A stretch of 64,000 nucleotides of DNA from Eledone cirrhosa (taxonomy: Eukaryota): positions 95,046,001 through 95,110,000 of the forward strand of contig OZ024743.1 in assembly GCA_964016885.1 (NCBI GenBank), read 5' to 3'. The notes beneath the pieces were generated by a model, which was given only the letters and a program-made list of their open reading frames with translations, was not told the origin of the DNA and ran no database searches. Of the stretch, positions 55,944-64,000 are shown in pieces. The position numbers were made by a program, and so were the translations under genes. Numbering within the stretch: position 1 is the first letter of the stretch; each line of letters opens with the position of its first letter.

Positions 55944-57786
55944 ATGGGGGAAAAGATGGCAGACATGTCAGCCATTAGCTCTGCCACGCCCCCCAAGTCT
56001 GAAGAACAAAAAATAGATACAACAAAACTAGACAACGAAACAAACAAGGAAAATGAAAAAACAAATGTTACGGAAAATGAGCAAACGGAAAACAAACAAA
56101 CAGAAAATAAGAATACAAATAACAACAAGGCAACTTTCGCCCAGAAAACAAAACAATCCACAATATATACACCAATAGACTTAACTGCCGCCAGAGAAAA
56201 AACTGGCAGAAGCAAAAAAACACATAGTCTTGGGGGAGAACGGAATGTTTTCCATTAACCCCCCCCCCCCCAGAATTCAAGAAAGCGAGAACAGAGAGCA
56301 CAGTTCTCTTCAGAACAATCCTAAACCAAACGAGAAAGCCAGCACAGCCCAGCCAAATGGAGATAGAGTTGGTCCTAAAAGACTATATGAAGAATATTCT
56401 CTTCATACGAAAGGACCGACTCTATGGCAGCATTTCGGTCTTAACAAAAGACAAGGAAACAGCGCAGAAGCTTTCCCTAAGCCCACTTTCATCAACAACA
56501 TACAGCTTCTATCCCTCCTACATGGGTAGAAGAACACAGAGAGTCAAAATACAAACAATGCTGCCCACAATGGACTTCTGGTGGGCTATTGCTGGCTTCA
56601 TAGACATGGGCGAGGACACAGTGCTGTCAATAGGGAAGGCATCTGGAGATGCGTTCCTGGGAATGGGCCTCGACCTACTAGTCCAAATGAGGCCCGAAAG
56701 AATAGCACACATTCCGGATCGCATCTGGCTGGATGACCTCACCCCAATAAATATAATTGTAGAGGGGAGAAGACCAGCATGCTATTTATGCACGGAAAGG
56801 GGACACGTTAAGGCTAACTGCCCGAAACGTATCCCCCAAAAAGGACTATTGCCCACACCCACCACAAACAGTACACCAACACCACCCACCTCCAAAAATA
56901 CACTAATACCACACACAGCAAACAAAATACAGACACCACCAACCACAAGCACAACACAAACATCACCACCACCAGCACCAAACACAAGCTCGACACAAAA
57001 ATCACCACCACCATCACCAACACAAACACCATCACCACCATTACCAACCACAAGCACGACACAAACAGCACCACCACCACCACAAAACGCATTCCAAACA
57101 AATAATAAAAAAAACAGCAACAAATCTACCCTCCCGCAAAAAAAAAACCAGACACGACGTCCCTCCCACCTAGCGCTGAAGAGTTTCCCCCAAATTCTGA
57201 AGAAGAATGAGGAGAAGCCTTCAGACAAGTTAAAAGAAAAAAAAGAAAGCACACACCCAGCACACCACAAATAACCCACACACAAACACCAACTCCAATA
57301 AAAAACACCCCACCCTCAACAAACAAAAATAAATCTGTGCCTCCCCTCTCCGAAACATTGACAGCATCACAAAAAAAGACATTGCAATACACATATATAA
57401 ATAAAGAAAACAAAAAACTGTTTAAATTAATAAACAATAGCCCTTTGGTGCAGACCGAAGGGCCAAACTTTATCTCAACAGAGAACTTCACCCATTTAAA
57501 AATGATAAAGGTCCCTCTGGACCTTTATCGTTCCTTAAAAGAACAATTTAGACAGGACGTGAGCCCCCCCCCCCCCTGTTTAAAACCGTTAAATCGCGTC
57601 CTCTTGAAAGATTTCCCCATAACCTCCCCTCTCCCTGACACAACTCCAAACACCCCAACCCAACCACACTCGGGCACCCCCACACCACCACAAAACATCC
57701 CTCCACCCAACACACCTGACGCCATGGAAATTACACAACCCGGAGAGGTAAGTGCTTTTCTTTCTTCACTTTCAACACCAAAATAG
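55944..57786 (+). pseudogene. Frameshifted LINE ORF1
   Basis: Pieces 55944-56258, 56357-57274 (CYLCTERGHVKANCP) and 57337-57786; breaks lie near homopolymer runs. Confidence 0.85.
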
Positions 57787-60700
57787 ATCAATTGAGAGTT
57801 GGCTGTTTGAACGCGCGTGGCCTGGGCTCAGCTTGGAAGCAAGCAAAGCTACTAAGTGACCTCAGGTCACGAAGTATAGATGTGATGGTTGTTTGCGAGA
57901 GTCGGATCAGCAGCGTGCGACAGCTGGCTCCCGCCTTCGATGACTTTGAGATGCACGCATCTCTCTGTCAACCCGGAGGCGGGGGGGGGGGAGTTGCCGT
58001 ACTGCTGGATAAACGTCTGGCTCTCGACGTACAGATTGTTCACTCGGATCCGGGGGGTCGAATACTGGTGCTGGACGTCGGAGGCGGTGAAGGCGGGGCT
58101 TTCAGACTGGTCGGTCTTTATGCCCCCTTCGGGGCTGAAAGAGCCGACTTCTTCCAGCGTCTGGAGACTTTTCTAGGAACGTCGCGTTCCCTGCTTTTAG
58201 TGGGGGACTGGAATGGAATCCTAGATGCGCGTTGGGACTATGCAGGGGCATGTCCCGATAGAGGGGGGTGTATCAGCCTCAAGGGGTTACTCGATCGATT
58301 CGACCTGGTCGATAGATTTCGACTAGATTGTCCAACTGCGCCAACCTGGACCTGGGCAAACCGCAGTGGACAATCTAGATCGTACCTAGATAGGTTTTTG
58401 GTTAGGAGTAAGGATAGGGACGTATTTAGTTGTCCAGAATTGATCATGGTTGGCTATTCAGATCACAAATTAGTGACCTGCGTGGTCAACCTTGATAGAA
58501 CGCATAGACAGGGTCCCGGTTACTGGAAGATGAACTTGTCCTTGCCGGCAAAGAAAGATTACAGGAACCGGATTAGTAGCTTAGTTAAGATGCGGTTGAC
58601 GGGAGCGATTGTCAACAGTAGGTGGTGGGTATCTCTAAAGAGAGAGATTAGAGTAAGTTCGATAGGTTACAGTAAGGAACTAGCGGCGAATAGAAATAGG
58701 AAGGAAAGGGAGTTAACAGATAAACTAGAAGAGGCGATTAGGAGCGGAGACGTAGCCAGAGTGTTAGCGGCGAGAACGGCGTTGAGCCAGTTCTTTGACG
58801 CGAAGCACGAAGGCTGCGTTGTCCGAAGTAAAATACGTGCTTTAGGAAACGAGGGGACCAAAGCTGTTAGCTGGGCCCGCGTGACAGAAGCCAAGAGTGG
58901 GATTAAATCCACCATTCGGTCTTTGCGAGACCAGGATGGACGGGTGATCCTTGAACCTGAGCGGATGTGCGAGGCCTTTCAAAGGCACTTTGCTCGACTG
59001 TTCGGAGGGGGCGGGGGGTCGGACGGGGATGTGGACTTCGGTCCATACCTCGACGGTCTACCGCGTCTTTCGAGCGGCGAAGCGGAGTGCTGCGAAAGGC
59101 CAATCACAGCCACTGAAATCGGGGAAGCGCTCAGCCAATGCAGCAGACGCAAATCTCCGGGTCTCGATGGTCTACCATACGAACTTTATTTAGCTATGCC
59201 GGTCTTGTTCTCCGAACTCCTCGAGGCTGTCTATTGCAACTGGCAACAGAACGGGAGAATTCCCTGTTCTGTGACCAAGGGCGTGGTCACGCTAGTGAGG
59301 AAGGACGAGAGCAAGGGGGACGACTTAAGTAACTTTAGGCCCATAACTCTGCTGAATGCAGAGTTACAGATTTTGGCCAAGGTGTTGACGAAGAGGTTGG
59401 CGCTTGTGGTGGGTGGTTTGGTGGGAGACGCGCAGACATGCGCTATCCCGTCCAGGTCCATTCACGACAACCTCCACCTCATGCGATACATCATAGAGAG
59501 GGTTGGCAACGAACCCGGCTTTGGTGGGGCCCTGATCAACTTGGATCAATCTAAGGCGTTCGATAGGGTCGACCATGGTTACCTGGATGCGGTGCTAGCG
59601 GCGGCGGGCTTCGGACCCGTTTTCAGGGGCTGGATTTCTGCCATGCACAGTGGCAACATCTACTCTAGGATTAAAGTAAACGGCTACCTCTCGGAGCCGT
59701 TTCAAATCACCCGGTCCATCAGACAGGGGTGCCCCCTCTCCTCCCTTCTGTACGTATTGACTCTCGAGCCACTGCTGCGGAAGTTGGAGTTGCTGCGGGG
59801 AATACCCCTGGAACCGGGATTGCACAAAGCGGTCTCGGCCTATGCCGACGACGTAACAGTAATGGTGGCGGACGCCTCGGAAATCGGGGCGATCGCCACC
59901 CTACTGGAGGAATACGAAAGGCTGACGGGGGCTAGGGTGAACCGGGACAAGTCAGTCGGTTTGCAACTCGGAACGTGGAGGGGCAAACCGATGCCGTAAG
60001 ACGGTGTCGTCGGGCAGTGGACGGAGGGCCCGGTGAAGCTGCTCGGGGTCTGGTTCGGACCGGACCTCCAGGTGGAGAAGAATTGGGGCGAGGTGACGAG
60101 CAGGGTGTTTGCGCTGACCCAGAAGTGGGCCAAGTGCAAACTATCACTGAAAGGTCGGGCGGAGGTGACGAACGCTTACATAGCGTCCGTCATCTGCTAC
60201 CGCCTGACCGTCGTGCCTTGCCCCAAGGAAAAGATCACCATCATGGAACGCATGCTCTTCCAGTTCCTCTGGAAGAAGCGGCCTCCCATGGTGAGGAGAT
60301 CCATCTGCTGCCAGCACCCTTCGAAAGGAGGGCTGGGTATGCCGTGGCTGTTGATGCGTAGGCACGCATTGAGGCTACGGCATCTACAGGTATTCCTCAC
60401 CGGTCACCGGTGTGGGCCCCGTTTGTGAGGCGAGCCTTCCCACAGCTCGTCTCGCTCACCGAGCTGCAATCCTGGGTGAAGCAAAGACCGAGAAAACTGG
60501 GTAACTGGCACACCGAGTGTGCCCAGGCGCTCACGGCTATCTGGCAAGCGGACCCGACTGTCAGTGGAGAATCCACCTCGACATTCTATAGAGGGCTGGT
60601 GGCTAGCAGGGGCGACGACACCCTTGGAGAGTCGCTAGGCATGGAGGAGGACGAACTGGCCAGCCTGTTCGGTAGAACTTTCGGCCCGGGACCCATGGAC

Positions 60701-61222
60701 AACTTCCAGAGGTCCCTAGCCTGGCAGTGTTACCGGGGGGCTCTGCCCGTTCGAGAAAAGCTCTACAGACACGGGCGCCCGGGCAGGGATCCAGCGAAAA
60801 AGATCTGTCCCAGATGCGTGCGCGACGAGGAAACCGTTGCGCATGCACTGGTACACTGCCCGGGCGTTGCCGATCTGTGGGGCTACGTCGAACGACTGCT
60901 GTCGCGTGTGGCGCCGATTCGATTAACCGCCGAGTCTGTGGTGAACATCAAGCCGCCGCCTCCCTTCAGAAACGAAGCAGAGGCGGTCTTTCTGTGCGTA
61001 ATAGCCATGATGAAAGAGGTTGTGTGGTGGACGCGCCTGAAAGGTCTGAGGTCGGGTGACTTTCTCTCCGGCCATCACCTGGTTTACTTCTTCCGATACC
61101 ACTTCGGAAGAAGGATCAGGATGGAGAGAGAAGTGCTTGGCCCCAGACAGTTTTATGAAAGGTGGGTGAAAGAAGCGAGAATGGCTCGTGTAAATGGGCC
61201 TTCTCTCTACATTGTTCTGTAG
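57783..61222 (+). pseudogene. Disrupted LINE ORF2
   Basis: ATA at 57783 sits where ATG is expected; open 57792-59999 (YADD), stop at 59997-59999, frameshift near 60405. Confidence 0.88.
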
Positions 61223-61486
61223 GTGAAGAAGTGAAGAGGAAAGGGGGAGCGCCTCCTCTCTGGGCTACCCCCGCGAAAAGGGTTGCACACTTTTCGGGGG
61301 TATGTGCAATCCCGAACACGCCCCCTCCCTTTTGAGGACTTTTTATTATTATATTATTATTGTTATTCCTTTTTCTTTACTCGATTTATGTAAACTCCCC
61401 CACTGTGTATTTGTCCCCTTCTTTTGTGCCCTCGTGGCAAATAAATAGAAATTTATCTATCTCTCTTCACTGACACTCGCTCTCAC

Positions 61487-61567
<81 letters not shown>

Positions 61568-61614
61568 ACCTATCTATCTATCTATCTATCTACCCCCTCT
61601 CTCTCTGTATATAT

Positions 61615-61826
61615 GGGGCTGAGTGGTTAGAGGATTGGATTCGCAATCGCGAGATTGTGAGTTCAATTCTCGAACTGGACGATGCGTTATGTCCTTGGGC
61701 AAGACACTTTATTTCATGTTGCTCCTTCTACCTGCAGTTGCGACCGATAGATAGTACTATCAATTGGAAAGACCAATGGAAACATTATCTCCTCGGTCCG
61801 ATTTGACGAAAGTCGATTGACTGACT
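61615..61826 (+). mobile_element. CORE-like tRNA SINE
   Basis: ggctgagtggttag...gagttcaattc...tgtccttgggcaagacact; paralogue of 26002-26215. Confidence 0.78.
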
Positions 61827-61908
61827 ATATATATATATATATATATATATAGAAAGGATGAATATAAAATGAAAGTGCTTTTGTTAAAAAAGGAATTTAT
61901 TAGGTATT

Positions 61909-62017
61909 GACATATGTTTCTGTAACAGACCGAATACCTATGTATCGCTGCTTGCGTAATCATATAATGTTAGCAAGTATTCGATAGCAAATGTATAATC
62001 AGTTGTCACTTCTTCAG
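61909..62017 (-). ncRNA. Hammerhead-like motif in the PLE pseudo-LTR (mirror at 63863-63971, plus strand)
   Basis: CTGAAGA-A-gtgaca...(about 75-nt hairpin)...tgttac-A-GAAAC-atat-GTC followed by AATAAA; stem I is weak. Confidence 0.55.
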
Positions 62018-62396
62018 AGATTTTGGATAAACTGGATAAAATCAGAAAAATTGAAGTATTTATATTAGTAAAAGAGGAAGGAACAGAGAGGATAGAATAT
62101 GACAGATGGTAAAATAATTTACTGCTAAACAAGTATATAATGGGTTTTTAATGAGAATACCATGAGTAAATCTAAATAAGAATTTTGGGAGTGCCAATTT
62201 TAATCTCTACTTGACCAACTGGACAGTGGACAGGGCTGGTCATTTGGTGCAGTAGTATTAATTATAAAGTGTCAATTGGGGAAGGGGGAGATTTCGATTG
62301 CTACTAAATAACATCAATGCTAGTAGTCAGCTGGTATTTGCACTAGGGAATTGAATCAAGAAATCAGAAATCTCATTTTATCTATAGCAGTTTGTA

Positions 62397-63572
62397 TTAA
62401 AAGGTAAATAATAGAAGAGTTGATAGAATTAAGACTAATAAAGAATGTTCATATCTATTTTGACAATCAAACGGGGATAGAGACAGGCGTTCAATCCTGG
62501 TAGTATTTATAATATGAAATGTAGATTTTAAGCGATGGTTACAGTATAACGATCGCTCTATTCTGTTATTTAATAAAATGTTTTTGGATTTCATAATACA
62601 AAATAATTCTACATTACATAATTTACAAAATTCCTGTCCATTGGATAATGGGGGGGGGGGGCAGCCGCTATTATATCCCATTTTAGGTGAAATTGTTGGT
62701 TATTTTCACGCAGCTGCCAAGCCTTGTCTGCGAGTGTTGTTACATAACGCTGGTTTTCATGTTTTATCGAATAACGATGTCTATAAAGGCGTGATTTGAA
62801 GGAGGTGGCTGTAGATCCCACATAGTACCACTTCTGTCTATCCGATTCGATAGTACATTTGTATACGATGTTGCGTTCAAGACACTGATTGTTCAACGGA
62901 CACATTCCTGGTTGGACACAGTTGCAATTACAATTTTGCGTTGTTGTATTGTCATGGATGGGTTGATGAGGTTGCTTATGTAGGACAGGATGTTGTTTGT
63001 TGTTTTGTGATGTTATAGCTAATGTTTTACGTGTATTGTTATGTGTTGGAAGGCGTTTATACAACCGTTTTGCGTTAAGCATTTTTATATGTTGTTCAAT
63101 ATTAGGGGCGGTTGAATATGAAAGTCGAATGGTGTTAGGGTTTAAGATTTTATTATATTTATGTGATGTTGGAAAGTGTTTTCTAACTAATCGAAAGAAT
63201 TTTGAGGGTAGATTGGTTTTAATAGATTTGTTATAGACCGGGTTGTACCAGATATACTCCTTACATCGCCTTCTGTTTGGTGGTGTGCGACTATTATTGT
63301 GTCTATTGCGGTAGTGTATGTATGGTGGTGATTTTGTGCTATTTCTACTCCTATGTGATTTATTTTGGGTGTTTTGGTGATCATTGACTATATACTCTAT
63401 ATTATCTAGGTGACCGGCTTTCCTAAGTGCATCATCATAATACTCGGCATGTTCTTTGAAGGTTTGTTGGTTGGACGATAGGCGGGAGATTCTAAGAGAA
63501 ACATTTCTAGGGATGGATTTAATTATAGAGAGTGGATGGTTAGAACTCGTATTTACATATTTAAGGTTCTCA
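62397..63572 (-). pseudogene. C-terminal part of a PLE ORF: RT thumb, CxCx5C linker, GIY-YIG endonuclease
   Basis: YVNTSSNHP...RISRLSS, WYNPVY...KHFP...LSYS, CNCVQPGMCP, IVYKC...YYVGST...FKSRLYRH. After a frameshift in the G-run at about 62650-62662 it continues as CKLCNVE...LLNNR.E...CNHR. Confidence 0.85.
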
Positions 63573-64000
63573 TTAGTAGCAATCGAAATCTCCCCCTTCC
63601 CCAATTGACACTTTATAATTAATACTACTGCACCAAATGACCAGCCCTGTCCACTGTCCAGTTGGTCAAGTAGAGATTAAAATTGGCACTCCCAAAATTC
63701 TTATTTAGATTTACTCATGGTATTCTCATTAAAAACCCATTATATACTTGTTTAGCAGTAAATTATTTTACCATCTGTCATATTCTATCCCCTCTGTTCC
63801 TTCCTCTTTTACTAATATAAATACTTCAATTTTTCTGATTTTATCCAGTTTATCCAAAATCTCTGAAGAAGTGACAACTGATTATACATTTGCTATCGAA
63901 TACTTGCTAACATTATATGATTACGCAAGCAGCGATACATAGGTATTCGGTCTGTTACAGAAACATATGTCAATACCTAATAAATTCCTTTTTTAACAAA

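Larger units (their letters stand above)
55743..61452 (+). mobile_element. Tx1/L1-clade LINE, copy 4 (third subfamily, disrupted)
   Basis: Distinct 5' UTR; ORF1 and ORF2 homologous to copy 1; ends AATAAATAGAAAT into ATCT/CT repeats. Confidence 0.92.
61853..64000 (-). mobile_element. 5'-truncated Penelope-like element (Naiad-type) with inverted pseudo-LTRs
   Basis: 61880-62307 is the near-exact reverse complement of 63573-64000, with a PLE thumb/linker/GIY-YIG coding region in between. Confidence 0.88.

Noticed and set aside
39584-61319. Numerous antisense and alternative-frame ORFs inside the LINEs
   Set aside because: Shadow ORFs of GC-richer coding sequence, with no recognisable domains.
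63573-63604. N-terminus MGKGEISIATN of the 331-aa PLE ORF
   Set aside because: It comes from the inverted pseudo-LTR junction. The true ORF is 5'-truncated and lacks the RT core.

Overview
This is an AT-rich, repeat-dominated animal genomic window. The SINE families and abundant (TA)n tracts suggest an octopus or other cephalopod (inference). No host protein-coding gene is convincingly identifiable. Bases 1-38.6 kb hold tRNA-derived SINEs, CRE 3' fragments, two DNA MITEs, four large minisatellites (two visibly seeded by SINE sequence), a head-to-tail array of RTE-like non-autonomous elements, and many short Penelope-like (PLE) terminal fragments carrying minimal type-I hammerhead ribozyme motifs, often as foldback palindromes. 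Bases 38.7-61.5 kb hold four head-to-tail Tx1/L1-clade LINEs (ORF1 with CCHC knuckle; ORF2 APE-RT-CCHC) separated by (ATCT)n; the first has both ORFs open. The most striking signal is that in all four LINEs ORF2 looks like a single GT-AG intron. A splice donor sits at the end of ORF1, the ORF2 stop codon is the AG of a pyrimidine-rich acceptor, and the predicted spliced ORF1-only mRNA meets an in-frame stop within 1-4 codons in three different phases. The window ends with a 5'-truncated Naiad-type PLE (GIY-YIG) with inverted pseudo-LTRs. Most long ORFs in the supplied track are microsatellite artefacts. Copy counts and element boundaries were estimated by eye.
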